Positions 45,486 to 56,300 of a stretch of DNA of 64,000 nt are shown one piece after another; the stretch's first letter is position 1, and each line of letters begins with the position of its first letter. The stretch is from Eubacteriales bacterium. GTDB lineage: Bacteria > Bacillota > Clostridia > Oscillospirales > QAKW01. The stretch lies in NCBI GenBank assembly GCA_045648705.1, contig JAZROO010000108.1, forward strand, positions 31,887 to 95,886. The letters run 5' to 3'. A program made the position numbers and the translations under genes. The notes beneath the pieces are model-generated. The model saw only the letters and a list, made by a program, of their open reading frames with translations, made no database searches and was not told the origin of the DNA.

Positions 45486-45627
45486 AGAACAAGTGCTTTG
45501 TCCTCACAAAGGAATTGTAGATGCCGGAGCTTGTTGCCGAAAATTTATTTATACACCACTTAAACGTACACCGCAACCTCACGTACTTGCGACTGAACAA
45601 TATTCAAAAGAAGATTTTGAACTTTAA
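45418..45627 (+). CDS. Small Cys-rich protein of unknown function (69 aa)
   Basis: MIFSKNIEKCCAYCERA...LCPHKG...GACCRKFIYTPLKR contains six Cys. An AAGGGTG RBS-like element lies about 10 nt upstream. The ORF overlaps the last 68 nt of the ylbJ-like ORF in another frame and is followed by a strong terminator. Confidence 0.5.
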   Translation: MIFSKNIEKCCAYCERATKVAFREQVLCPHKGIVDAGACCRKFIYTPLKRTPQPHVLATEQYSKEDFEL

Positions 45628-45631
45628 TTTT

Positions 45632-45667
45632 AAAAGGCTCACCGCTAAAAAGCGGAGAGCCTTTTTT
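45632..45667. terminator. Bidirectional intrinsic terminator
   Basis: AAAAGGCTCACCGC / TAAAAA / GCGGAGAGCCTTTTTT lies between convergent genes. Confidence 0.8.
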
Positions 45668-46430
45668 ATATTTCAGATTGAATACGTACAGAACGTGCAA
45701 TTTCAGCTATAAATTCACTATTGGTCGGTTTACCTTTAGCATCATCAATAACATATCCAAATATAGAAGTTTGTGCCTCGAAATTACCGCGATCCCATGT
45801 TGTGCAAATGGCTGTACGTATGGCGCGTTCTACCGAGCAAGACTTGGTATGATACATACTCGCAATTTGCTGATATAAACCTTTTGTTATATTCTTAAGG
45901 ATACTTTCATCTTTTGCAACCATCACGATGGCACGACGAACATATTGATATCCCAAAAGATTGGAAGGCATACCGATATAGTTGAGAGTTTTGATCACCT
46001 TGTCCTCAACCTTAAAGCTTTCTTTTGCCTGCATATCAGCACAATCATTTGCACCAACAAATTTTTCATCAACAAAATCATCAATAACTCTTGCTAAATA
46101 TGTATAGTCACACGGATGAATAAAAAAGTAATCAGCCCCTCTATTCATCAGCCGTTTGGCAAGAAGATCATTAGCTGTATCGGAAATGCAAATAGACACA
46201 AAGGTTTCGTTAAAGCTATTCAAATTATCAAGGATACCAAGAAAATCAATTTTAGGCAAAAAAGCCTCACTCAAAATAACCATTGGCTTATTTGTATAAA
46301 TGCTTTTAAGTGCATCGATGCCATTATGCTCGGGTTTAAGTATTTTGTATCCCAATGAAGATAAAATATCTTCATTAATTTTCTTTTTGTTATTACTGAT
46401 AATTAAGATCGAAATATCTTTATGTTCCAT
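45666..46430 (-). CDS. Spo0A-family DNA-binding regulator with degenerate (non-phosphorylatable) receiver domain
   Basis: The C-terminal domain carries Spo0A-specific blocks (LLGYQYVRRAIVMV, CSVERAIRTAICTTW, KGKPTNSEFIAEIA). The N-terminal receiver lacks the acidic pair (SNN), the acceptor Asp (VILSEAFLP) and the conserved Lys (FIHPCD). Confidence 0.8.
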   Translation of the reverse strand: MEHKDISILIISNNKKKINEDILSSLGYKILKPEHNGIDALKSIYTNKPMVILSEAFLPKIDFLGILDNLNSFNETFVSICISDTANDLLAKRLMNRGADYFFIHPCDYTYLARVIDDFVDEKFVGANDCADMQAKESFKVEDKVIKTLNYIGMPSNLLGYQYVRRAIVMVAKDESILKNITKGLYQQIASMYHTKSCSVERAIRTAICTTWDRGNFEAQTSIFGYVIDDAKGKPTNSEFIAEIARSVRIQSEI

Positions 46431-46494
46431 TTTCTCACCGACTTTCGAAAATATCTATTGCAACGACAATTATAACACAAAAATTCCAAAAATA

Positions 46495-46511
46495 TGTCGA
46501 AAAATGTCGAA
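46495..46511 (+). promoter_or_regulatory. Two tandem perfect Spo0A boxes (TGTCGAA) upstream of the spo0A-like gene
   Basis: TGTCGAAAAATGTCGAA has box starts 10 bp apart. The boxes abut the -35 position of an extended -10 promoter (TGTTATAAT on the minus strand, 46469-46477). Confidence 0.6.
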
Positions 46512-46517
46512 AGTAAT

Positions 46518-46555
46518 TTAAAAACAAAGGGCAAGTACAGTTCGTGTACTTGCCC
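46518..46555 (-). terminator. Intrinsic terminator after rpsU
   Basis: GGGCAAGTACA / loop / TGTACTTGCCC followed by TTTGTTTTT on the minus strand. Confidence 0.85.
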
Positions 46556-46582
46556 ATTTTGGCATTACAAAGTAGAGTCAGA

Positions 46583-46756
46583 TTAATACTTTCTCTTGCG
46601 AGCTGCTTCTGACTTCTTCTTTCTCTTTACGCTGGGTTTTTCATAGTGCTCTCTTTTTCTGATTTCAGAAAGTACGCCGGACTTGGCACACTGTCTTTTA
46701 AATCTCTTTAAAGCACTGTCTAAAGACTCATTATCCTTAACGCGGATTTCTGCCAC
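46583..46756 (-). CDS. rpsU: 30S ribosomal protein S21
   Basis: GTG start 46756 behind GGAGGGAGGG. (M)[41 protein letters not shown] is the S21 signature. The track ORF is over-extended. Confidence 0.92.
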   Translation of the reverse strand: MAEIRVKDNESLDSALKRFKRQCAKSGVLSEIRKREHYEKPSVKRKKKSEAARKRKY

Positions 46757-46858
46757 TGGTTTTCCCTCCCTCCGCTTTACGAAAGAATCCACAAAAATGC
46801 GGATAATAGAATTATACATAAAAAAGGTAGGCTTGTCAATATATTTATTCCAAAATTT

Positions 46859-49264
46859 TTATTTTGCAACAATATTTATCAGTTTACCTGAAACATAGAT
46901 AACTTTTATAATTTGCTTACCTTCAAGCCAAGGTGCCAACTTTTCATCAGCACATACCGCGGCAAATACTGTGTCTTGATCATCGTTGGTACCAACCGTA
47001 ATCTTACCACGTACTTTGCCCATAATTTGAACCGCGATCTCTACTGTTGCGCTAACGGTTTTGCTTTCATCGTATTCCGGCCAGTCGCTGTGATAAATAT
47101 CACCCTCAAATCCGGCAAGTTCCCACATTTCTTCTGTAACATGAGGGGCAAACGGATTTAACAACTGAATAAAGATACGAAGTTCATCCTTTGTAACATT
47201 ACCCTTTGCATACAACTGGTTAATTAAGCTCATCAATTGTGCAATGGCTGTATTAAACTTCATATTATCAATATCGCCGGTTACTTTTTTGATTGCCTTA
47301 TGGAAATCACACTCAACTGCACTATCAATACCGGTACGGTCCTCTAAAATATCCATCAAAGAGAATGTACGTTCCAAGAATCGCTTACAACCCTTAATAG
47401 AATTTGTAGACCAAGGTGCGCTCTTTTCAAAGTCACCAATAAACATCTCGTACATACGAAGCGTATCAGCACCATACTGTTCCACAATGTCATCAGGATT
47501 AACGACATTACCGCGAGATTTGCTCATTTTCTCATTATTCTCACCCAGAATCATACCATGCGAAGTACGCTTAGCATAGGGCTCTTTGCAAGCAAGAACA
47601 TCAATATCAAACAAAAACTTCGCCCAAAATCTCGAATAGAGCAAATGCAAGGTCGTATGTTCCATACCACCGTTGTACCAATCCACCGGCATCCAATATT
47701 CAAGAGCTTCTTTGCTGGCAATGGCGTCATTATTATGAGGATCTAAATAACGCAAGAAATACCAGGACGAGCCTGCCCACTGAGGCATAGTGTCGGTTTC
47801 TCTTTTGGCAGGTTTACCACACTTAGGACAAGTAGTATTCACCCAAGAATCGATTTTGGCAAGAGGACTCTCACCGGTATCAGTAGGCTCATAGCTTTCA
47901 ACTTCAGGAAGTTTTAAAGGCAACTGATCTTCAGGCAAAGCCACATATCCGCAACAATCACATTTTACAATCGGGATAGGCTCACCCCAATAACGTTGAC
48001 GAGAAAATACCCAGTCACGCAGTTTATAATTAACCTTTTTCTTACCAATCTCTTTTTCTTCCAAAAACTTGATGATCGCAACTTTCGCATCGGCAACCGA
48101 CAAATCATTCAAAAATCCACTGTTAATCATCGTGCCGGTTTCAACGTCGGTAAATGCCTGTTCGGAAATATCTCCTCCTGCAACCACCTGAACCATAGGA
48201 ATATCAAATAATTTGGCAAATTCGTAGTCGCGAGTATCATGTGCAGGTACAGCCATGATAGCACCGGTGCCATATGTCATCAACACATAATCGGAAACAT
48301 AAATCGGAATTTCCTGATTGTTGACAGGATTAATACCTTTGATTCCCTTCAGTACTACACCGCTCTTTTCTTTAGCAAGTTCAGTACGCTCAAAATCAGA
48401 CTTCTCAGATGCTTTTTTGCAGTAAGCAACAACGTCATCAAAATTGGCAATATCGTTCTCATGCGCCAAAATAAAAGGATGCTCAGGAGAAATAACCATA
48501 TATGTAGCGCCAAACAAAGTATCAGGTCTGGTGGTGTATATCTCGAGTTTTTCTCCAACAGTTGTATCAAACCAAACAGACGCACCTTCGCTTCTGCCGA
48601 TCCAGTTTTTTTGCTGTGTTTTTACTCTTTCAATAAAATCAAGATCATCCAAATCATCAATGAGTCTTTGTGCATACTCAGTAATCTTCAGCATCCACTG
48701 ACTTTTTACCTTATGAATAACCTGACCGCTACAACGCTCACAAGTACCGTTTACAACTTCTTCATTTGCCAAAACAACTTTACAAGATGTACACCAGTTT
48801 ACGTTCATCTCTTTTTTATAGGCCAAGCCCTTTTTGAAAAGTTGCAAAAAGATCCACTGTGTCCACTTAAAATAAGACGGATCTGTGGTGTTGATTTCTC
48901 TGGACCAATCAAAAGAAAGACCCAAACTCTTAAGCTGACTTCTAAAGTGATTTACATTGTTTTCCGTAACAATTGCAGGATGAATTTTGTTGGCAATAGC
49001 ATAGTTTTCGGTCGGCAAACCAAACGCATCCCAGCCCATCGGATATAAAACATTGAAGCCTTCCATTCTCTTTTTGCGACTGATTACATCCAAAGCCGTG
49101 TATGAACGAGGATGGCCGACATGCAATCCCTGCCCCGAGGGATAAGGAAATTCAACCAAACCGTAAAACTTCGGTTTAGTATAGTCATTCTTTACCTCGA
49201 AGGTATGATGATCATCCCAATATTTCTGCCACTTTTTTTCTATTTTCTGAAAATCATATTTCAT
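46859..49264 (-). CDS. leuS: Leucyl-tRNA synthetase
   Basis: 801 aa. HIGH region ([12 protein letters not shown]), CP1 editing domain, and KMSKS motif present. Confidence 0.95.
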   Translation of the reverse strand: MKYDFQKIEKKWQKYWDDHHTFEVKNDYTKPKFYGLVEFPYPSGQGLHVGHPRSYTALDVISRKKRMEGFNVLYPMGWDAFGLPTENYAIANKIHPAIVTENNVNHFRSQLKSLGLSFDWSREINTTDPSYFKWTQWIFLQLFKKGLAYKKEMNVNWCTSCKVVLANEEVVNGTCERCSGQVIHKVKSQWMLKITEYAQRLIDDLDDLDFIERVKTQQKNWIGRSEGASVWFDTTVGEKLEIYTTRPDTLFGATYMVISPEHPFILAHENDIANFDDVVAYCKKASEKSDFERTELAKEKSGVVLKGIKGINPVNNQEIPIYVSDYVLMTYGTGAIMAVPAHDTRDYEFAKLFDIPMVQVVAGGDISEQAFTDVETGTMINSGFLNDLSVADAKVAIIKFLEEKEIGKKKVNYKLRDWVFSRQRYWGEPIPIVKCDCCGYVALPEDQLPLKLPEVESYEPTDTGESPLAKIDSWVNTTCPKCGKPAKRETDTMPQWAGSSWYFLRYLDPHNNDAIASKEALEYWMPVDWYNGGMEHTTLHLLYSRFWAKFLFDIDVLACKEPYAKRTSHGMILGENNEKMSKSRGNVVNPDDIVEQYGADTLRMYEMFIGDFEKSAPWSTNSIKGCKRFLERTFSLMDILEDRTGIDSAVECDFHKAIKKVTGDIDNMKFNTAIAQLMSLINQLYAKGNVTKDELRIFIQLLNPFAPHVTEEMWELAGFEGDIYHSDWPEYDESKTVSATVEIAVQIMGKVRGKITVGTNDDQDTVFAAVCADEKLAPWLEGKQIIKVIYVSGKLINIVAK

Positions 49265-49268
49265 TTCC

Positions 49269-49637
49269 TTATTCCTCCTTGATCCAATTCTGTATGTCTA
49301 CTTGAATTCCATCTGCCCACAATCTTTCAAGTTTATAAAATTCTCTGGATTGCTCGCAAAAAATATGAATCATAACACCGGCGTAATCCAAAAGCATCCA
49401 TTTGCCGCCATCATTAATATCTTTATGAATCGGCTCCATTGAAAGCTGTTGGGTGATTTGATATTCAACCTCATCAGTCAATGCTTTAACATGGGTTGCA
49501 GAGGTACCTGTACAGATAATAAAGTAGTCTGTCATAACCGTAATATTATCAATTTGCAAGACCTCAATATCTTTTCCTTTTTTGCCATCCAAGCTCTGAA
49601 TGGCCACACGTAAAATATCGTTATTTTGATTTGTCAT
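49269..49637 (-). CDS. rsfS: Ribosome silencing factor RsfS (iojap family)
   Basis: [13 protein letters not shown]...[16 protein letters not shown]...W.LLDY..V.IH.F is the characteristic pattern. Confidence 0.92.
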   Translation of the reverse strand: MTNQNNDILRVAIQSLDGKKGKDIEVLQIDNITVMTDYFIICTGTSATHVKALTDEVEYQITQQLSMEPIHKDINDGGKWMLLDYAGVMIHIFCEQSREFYKLERLWADGIQVDIQNWIKEE

Positions 49638-50787
49638 TTTTATCCTCCGATGTCATTGATTTAAGCATCCAGTTGCGTGCCGCAACAGTTTGCGGATGCA
49701 AGAAAAAGCCTTTGCTCACTATATAAGTAATAGATCTATCAAAATTCATTAAAACTGCCCGATCCAAATCTGTTCGTGCAATTCTTCTCATATCCTCAAC
49801 ACCATCATAACTTCTGGCAGGCTCAATACTGTCTGCTAAAAACAAAATCTTATCAAGCATATTCATATTTTCTCTACCCGTTGTATGACATTTGATCGCA
49901 TTGATAATCGTATTATCTCTAACGCCAAATTTTTCCCTTGCAAATAATGCTCCTGAAATCTGATGGTATATTTGGGGAGCACATTGATCTTCGGCGCTCA
50001 ACCTATAGCGACGTTTGTCCAAATATGCAAGTTGGCGTTTTTTACCCCAGCATTTTGTCGCGTCATGTAACAAACATGCAAGATAAACTTGCAAGGTGTC
50101 CAACCCATAAATTTCTGCAAGACTTACTGCATATTCTGCCACGCGATAAGAATGTTCATACTTCTGCGGGGTTAAATTTTCGCGCAAATATTGATCAAGC
50201 GGCTCAAGCGCTTTCTTTCCATATAAACAGTATTGGACTTCAAGCGGTAATTTTTCATCCACTCTGCCGTTTCGTACCTGAGTTGAACTTACATCATAAA
50301 TCGGCATACGAAGCACCGTACATTGCGCACCGTATTGTGATCGCAACCTTTGCTCCATTGGCTTTAATTTTGCAATATCCTCACTTGTTCTGGGCGCAGT
50401 CAAAATGGTACATTTTTTAAGAATTTCCTCAAATTTATACCACCGTTCAAATCCCAAAAACATATCCGAACCCATCAAAAAATAAATTTCATAGTCCGAA
50501 TACTTTTCTGCCAAATACTCAACAGTTTCAATACTGTAACTTTTTCCGCCCTTTTGAATTTCCCAACCGCTTACCTCTACATTTCTTACGGTTGAGAAAA
50601 GCAGTTTTGTTGCCTTAAGGCGCAACTCATCACTTAAAAAATGTGCCGCTTGTTTGTGTGGAGGCATTGCCGTCGGCATTATTATAATTTTATCAAATTG
50701 TAATTGCTTTAACGTTTGCTTGAGCAAATGCAAATGTCCGGAGTGCGGCGGGTCAAACGTTCCTCCATAAAACAACAGTTTTTTCAT
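49621..50787 (-). CDS. nadD: Fusion protein: nicotinate-nucleotide adenylyltransferase NadD plus HD-domain YqeK (Ap4A hydrolase family)
   Basis: N-terminal half has GGTFDPPHSGH and ISST-like VSSTQVR. C-terminal half has HSYRVAEYA...LLHDATK...HTTG...LADSIEP, the YqeK HD motifs. It is one continuous 388-codon frame. Confidence 0.88.
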   Translation of the reverse strand: MKKLLFYGGTFDPPHSGHLHLLKQTLKQLQFDKIIIMPTAMPPHKQAAHFLSDELRLKATKLLFSTVRNVEVSGWEIQKGGKSYSIETVEYLAEKYSDYEIYFLMGSDMFLGFERWYKFEEILKKCTILTAPRTSEDIAKLKPMEQRLRSQYGAQCTVLRMPIYDVSSTQVRNGRVDEKLPLEVQYCLYGKKALEPLDQYLRENLTPQKYEHSYRVAEYAVSLAEIYGLDTLQVYLACLLHDATKCWGKKRQLAYLDKRRYRLSAEDQCAPQIYHQISGALFAREKFGVRDNTIINAIKCHTTGRENMNMLDKILFLADSIEPARSYDGVEDMRRIARTDLDRAVLMNFDRSITYIVSKGFFLHPQTVAARNWMLKSMTSEDKNDKSK

Positions 50788-50789
50788 AT

Positions 50790-51089
50790 TTACCTCGGCA
50801 AAACAATTTTTCTGCTTTCAGGTTTTGAAGCAGGACGATAAAGAACGATTTTCTTGCCAATCACCTGCACGAGATTACTGCGAGTTTCCTTTGCAAGCAG
50901 TTCTGCAGTTTCGCGAATATCAAGCAGTGCAGTATCTAAAACTTTAAATTTGATAATTTCGCGTTTTTCCAAAGCTAAATCAAGTTGCTTTATAAAATTA
51001 TCACTAATTCCCTCTTTACCGAGTTGAAATATGGTGTCCTCGGTTGAAGCAATGGAGCGCAAATGTGCGCGTTGTTTACTGGTAATCAT
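50790..51089 (-). CDS. yhbY: Ribosome assembly RNA-binding protein YhbY (CRM domain; B. subtilis YqeI)
   Basis: LTSKQRAHLRS.A......FQLGK.G pattern, about 99 aa, and a conserved position upstream of nadD. Confidence 0.9.
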   Translation of the reverse strand: MITSKQRAHLRSIASTEDTIFQLGKEGISDNFIKQLDLALEKREIIKFKVLDTALLDIRETAELLAKETRSNLVQVIGKKIVLYRPASKPESRKIVLPR

Positions 51090-51697
51090 TATTCTTTATC
51101 TCCCTGAATCTCTTTGATTTTTTTAACAAATTTTTCAAGTGCACGTCCACGATGACTGATTTGGTTTTTCTCTTCAGCAGTGATTTCAGAAAAGGTTTTT
51201 CCGTTAAATTCCAACGGGCAAAACATAGAGTCGTATCCAAATCCGCCGTCACCTGCTTCTTTTTCTGCCACATAGCCATGACAATAACCTTCCACCGTAA
51301 ACTCGGTTTCGTCATCTAAAATACAGGCAATTGCACTGGTAAAATGCGCTGCTCGTTTTTCACCGGATAAGCCGTTCATTTTATTCATCAAATATACTCT
51401 ACGCGAAGCATCATCCGGTTGATCACCATATCGGGCACTGTAAACACCGGGTTGTCCACCAAGAGCATCAACACACAATCCACTGTCATCAGACACAGTA
51501 GGCAGCTTGCATAATTCATATACGGCACGTGCCTTAATCATTGCATTTTCAGCAAAAGTGGTACCGTTTTCTTCCGGATCCACCTCGATGCCTGCCTGCT
51601 TTAGTGAAATAACATTTAATCCAAGCGTTGAAAAGATTTCCCCGAATTCTCTTAATTTGTGCGCATTGTTAGATGCCAATACAAATGTTTTATTCAC
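51089..51697 (-). CDS. rdgB: Non-canonical purine NTP pyrophosphatase (RdgB/HAM1 family)
   Basis: GTG 51697 behind GGAGG. (M)[17 protein letters not shown]...[12 protein letters not shown]...SDDSGL.VDAL.G.PG..SAR...FGYD..F. Confidence 0.9.
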   Translation of the reverse strand: MNKTFVLASNNAHKLREFGEIFSTLGLNVISLKQAGIEVDPEENGTTFAENAMIKARAVYELCKLPTVSDDSGLCVDALGGQPGVYSARYGDQPDDASRRVYLMNKMNGLSGEKRAAHFTSAIACILDDETEFTVEGYCHGYVAEKEAGDGGFGYDSMFCPLEFNGKTFSEITAEEKNQISHRGRALEKFVKKIKEIQGDKE

Positions 51698-52415
51698 CTG
51701 TTTCCTCCAAAACGAGTTTTTGTTTTGCAAATATCTCCTGACAGCCTTTTTCGGCAAGTTCCAATAATTTATTCAGTTCCTCGCGGGTAAAATCTCTTCC
51801 CTCACCTGTTCCTTGGATTTCAACAAAAGCACCGCTATCAGTCATAATAACATTCACATCCGCCATAGCACTGCTATCCTCAACATAGCACAAATCCAAC
51901 ATAGGCTCGTCTTCAACAATACCAACGCTGATTGCAGCCACCGCATGAGTTATGGGATCACGCTCAATCAAGCCATCTTTGAGCAGTTTGTTTACCGCCA
52001 TTTTCAGCGCTATAAACCCACCGCTGATAGACGCTGTTCTGGTACCGCCATCAGCTTGTAAAACATCACAGTCGATCGTAATGGTGCGTTCACCCAATGC
52101 CTGTAAATCCACAGCACCTCGAAGCGCGCGGCCAACCAATCTTTGTATCTCTGCACTGCGACCGTTGAGTTTGAGTTTGGAAATATCTCTTTGATTGCGA
52201 GTTGAAGTGGCGCGAGGTAACATATTGTATTCAGCAGTTACCCAACCTTTTCCTGTGCCAACCAAAAACGGCGGAACACGTTCCTCAACACTTGCGTTAC
52301 ACAAAACCCAAGTGTTGCCGGCACAAAACAGTACACTTCCCTCAGCATATTTAGTAAAATCCTTTTGAATGCTCAATGGTCTGAGCTCATCATTTGCACG
52401 ATTATCAATTCTCAT
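51690..52415 (-). CDS. rph: Ribonuclease PH
   Basis: [14 protein letters not shown]...AEGSVL...GNT.VLC...GWVTAEY.MLP..T. Confidence 0.95.
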   Translation of the reverse strand: MRIDNRANDELRPLSIQKDFTKYAEGSVLFCAGNTWVLCNASVEERVPPFLVGTGKGWVTAEYNMLPRATSTRNQRDISKLKLNGRSAEIQRLVGRALRGAVDLQALGERTITIDCDVLQADGGTRTASISGGFIALKMAVNKLLKDGLIERDPITHAVAAISVGIVEDEPMLDLCYVEDSSAMADVNVIMTDSGAFVEIQGTGEGRDFTREELNKLLELAEKGCQEIFAKQKLVLEETGE

Positions 52416-52424
52416 TTTCTTTCC

Positions 52425-53330
52425 TCAAAATAAAGCTTTCACAAAATCTTCAGCAACAAAAGGTTGCAAATCATCCGCGCCTTCACCGACGCCAACAAGT
52501 TTAACCGGCAGTCCAAGCTCATTTTGAATCGAAACCACAATTCCGCCCTTGGCACTTCCGTCCAATTTAGTTAGAACAACACCTGTGATATCGGTTACTT
52601 TTTGAAACTCTCTTGCTTGGTGCACTGCATTTTGCCCCGTTGTTGCATCCAAAACAAGCAAAACTTCAGTAGATGCATCAGGTAGCTGCGTTTGAATTAC
52701 TTTATAAATCTTTCCAAGTTCATTTAAAAGATTGACCTTGTTATGCAGTCTACCTGCCGTATCACAAATGATCACGTCACTTGATCTTGCCTTAGCCGCA
52801 TTAATTGTGTCAAATACAACGGCAGCCGGATCTGCACCTTGCGCCTGCTTAATGATATCAACGCCAATTCTGTCTGCCCAGGTAGCAAGTTGTTCAACTG
52901 CAGCAGCGCGAAATGTATCTGCCGCACCCAAAATAACCTTCTTGCCTTGGTTTTTGAAGTTATTGGCCAGTTTTGCAGTCGTTGTAGTCTTACCTACGCC
53001 ATTTACGCCTATCATCAAAATAACCGACGGTTTTGATTCAATGCAAAGCTTCGCATCTGCCGAGCTCATCATTTCGGTAATAATCTCTTGGAGCGCCTCA
53101 CGGATCTGCTCAGGTTCTCTGATTTTTCCCTCTTTGGTGCGAACACGAAGTTGTTGCATAATCTCCATCGTCGTTTCGACACCCAAATCAGCCTCAATCA
53201 ACGCTTCTTCTAATTCATCAAAGAGGTCCTCATCAATTTTACCAAAAGCCTTGAGTACGTTATCCAGTTTTTGATTTACGTTTTGTTTGGTTTTAGCAAG
53301 ACCATTTTTAAGTTTCTCGAAAAATCCCAC
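52425..53330 (-). CDS. ftsY: Signal recognition particle receptor FtsY
   Basis: NG domain with GVNGVGKTTT, DTAGR, TKLDG. Short form without an acidic A domain, as in Firmicutes. Confidence 0.95.
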   Translation of the reverse strand: MGFFEKLKNGLAKTKQNVNQKLDNVLKAFGKIDEDLFDELEEALIEADLGVETTMEIMQQLRVRTKEGKIREPEQIREALQEIITEMMSSADAKLCIESKPSVILMIGVNGVGKTTTTAKLANNFKNQGKKVILGAADTFRAAAVEQLATWADRIGVDIIKQAQGADPAAVVFDTINAAKARSSDVIICDTAGRLHNKVNLLNELGKIYKVIQTQLPDASTEVLLVLDATTGQNAVHQAREFQKVTDITGVVLTKLDGSAKGGIVVSIQNELGLPVKLVGVGEGADDLQPFVAEDFVKALF

Positions 53331-53339
53331 TTAAATTAC

Positions 53340-56300
53340 CTACTTTACATTCAATTTGAGTTGTTTTTCCATTTCTCCGACATTGATGGTCAAAAGTTTA
53401 GACACACCCTTTTCCTGCATCGTTACACCATAAAGTACATCAGCTTCTTCCATGGTACCGCGACGGTGTGTAATGGTAACAAACTGTATTTTATCGCTGA
53501 ATTTACGCAAATATCCCGCAAAGCGAGCCACGTTAACATCATCAAGTCCCGCCTCGATCTCATCCATAACGCAAAACGGAGTGGGACGAATTTTCAAAAT
53601 AGCAAAATATAGTGCTATTGCACTAAAGGCTTGTTCACCACCGGAAAGAGAAAGAATGTTCTTAATAATCTTTCCGGGAGGCGCCACCTTAATATCAATG
53701 TTACAGCCGAGTACATCATCCGGATCTTCCAAAATCAATTCTGCTCTGCCACCGCCAAAAAGCTCTTTAAAGATCGAATCAAACTGCTCATTAAGCATAT
53801 TGAAGCTTTCTGTAAAGATACTCTTCATCTGCGAAAGCAATTCAGTGATCAATTTTTCAAGATCACGCTTAGATGTCGTCAAATCATCAACTTGTTCCTT
53901 AAGGAAATCATGCCGTTTTTTGACATCCGCATACTCCTCAATGGAATCGAGATTAACATTACCGAGAGAGCGCATTTTGTTTCTGAGTTCAGTTGCTCTC
54001 TTTTTGGATGCCGAAACGTCATCAAGCTCAACGCGCTTGTTCTCTGCTTCAGTTACGGTGAGATTGTATTCATCCATCAATTTTGAAATCAGTGTTTCAC
54101 TTTGTTCAGTGATGCTGACCAAACGGTTTTCAAGTCTTGTAGTTTCAGATAAAAGTTTTTCCTTAATGGCAAGTTTGTCCTTTTGCAAACCGCGGAGCAT
54201 GGTTTGTTGTTTTTCATTATCTGCGCGGTTTTTAATCAAAGCTTCGGACTTATTTGCAAAATCACCGATAGATACCTTGCATGCTTCAAGCTCTTGCTCC
54301 AAAAGCGCCTTTTCTTCGTTTGCTTGTTGCATTATTTTCTTGGCGTTTTCGACTGCTTGCAAACGATCTCCCTTGTCCGCAGTCACTTGGTCCAATTGAA
54401 GTTGATACTGAGCAACAATATTGTCGATACCCTCAATTTCTTTGAAGATAGCACCTTCACTTAACTGACACTCAACAATATCACTCTTGACCTTCTCTGC
54501 TTTTTCGTGGTTTTCACCGCTCAGATTTTCAAGACTCAGCAATTGCTTCTCTACCTGCAGCATACGCTCACTCAGTTCTTCCATCTTAACAGTGGTTTGT
54601 TGCAGATGAGCACTATGTAATTCAATTGCGGCATCACATTGAGCAATATCATCCGTCATATTCTGGATAACCGCTTGATGTGAATCCAAAACAATTTGCT
54701 TATTTTCTTTAAGATGGTTTAACGTCAAAACTTTCTCATTTACGGTTTCTCTTTCCGCGTTAAGACCTTCCATCTTAGCATCAGCTAATGCATACTCTTC
54801 CTTGGCTTTCAGTGCAGATTTCTCTTTTTCAGAAGTGAGCGCCTCTGCTTCACTCAGTTCTTTCACTACTCTTTCCAGTTCAATACCGCGGCTGAGTAAG
54901 CCACTGCTCTGCCCTGCCGATCCACCCGTAAGAGAACCACCGACGTTTACAATCTGACCGTCTAAAGTTACAATACGGAATTTGTGTTCTGTTTTACGCG
55001 CCAATGCTGTTGCATTATCTAAATTATCAACCACAAGGATTCGGCCAAGCAAAAAGTCAGCAACCTTGGGATATTCTGTTTCAACAAGTTCTGAAGCCAA
55101 GCCCACAAAACCGGAATACTTTTTGAAATCAGATACGGTTAAGGTTTTGCCCTTGATTGTATCAAGCGGCAAAATGGTAACACGGCCGCCGTGTTGCGAC
55201 TTCAAAAGGAAAATTGCTTTTTTGGCATCGCTTTCTGTTTTTGCGACAATGTTTTGTATAGCACCACCCAAAGAGGTTTCAATAGCAGTGATATACTTTT
55301 GAGGTACGCGGATCAACTGAGAAACAGAACCGCAAATTCCCTGCAGTCTGCCATTTTCAGCCTCGCGCAATACCATTTTAACGCTTCCTTGATAACCCTC
55401 AAGATGCTTTTCCATATCTTTAAGCATTTGCAAACGATTGCTCTTTTGGGTTTGGATATTCTGTGCATTTTCAAGTTCTGCCTGAGCGCGTTCAAAAGCT
55501 TGTAATTTAATATCGCTCAAACGTTTGATACCGCTTTCAACGTTAGAAAGTTCTTGAAGCTTTTCTTCACACTCTTTGATTTGTGAGTCAATATCCTCAA
55601 TTTCAGCCACAACTTGCGTTACTTCCGGCTTTTTTTGTTCCAAGTTGCCAACGGTTTCTTCCTTATGCGCTTTCAAAGAAGTGATTTGGGTTTCAACAGA
55701 AATAGCCTCAATTTTCAAGCTGTTTTTTTGTTCAGCCAACTGCGCCATCTCATCACGAATTTGACGCGTTTCTTGCTGTTGCCCTTCATTCTTGAGTGAA
55801 AGTTCATCCAACTCTTTGTAAAGAGCTGTCATTTTTTCCTGACATGCTTGAATCAGTTTCTTCTTTTCATCACTTTGCGCAACGCACTCGTCCATTTTAG
55901 CAGACACTTCAGTTCTACGGTCATCAATAGATTTCATTTCCGTTTCACTCTTTAATATGTCTTGCTCCATATAGGCAATACGGCTTACCAAAACGGCAAT
56001 TCCGGCCTGTTTTTCTGCTACACTTTCTTCTGCAGCACTTACGGCCTGGCGTACATTTTCAATTTCAATATTAATTTCTTGGTTTGCGGTAAAAGAAGAA
56101 CTGATATCACGATCAATATTATCAAGTTCCTTGCTGACATCCGACAATTGCCCTGCAGCAATTGAATAATCCTCTTTGAGTTTGGCGCTTCCCTCTTTGA
56201 TTCTTTCAATCTCATACATCCAAAGGGAAATATCAAGCGTGGTTTTCTCATCACGATACTCAAGATATTGTTTTGCTTTTTTGCTTTGGGACTCCAGTAC

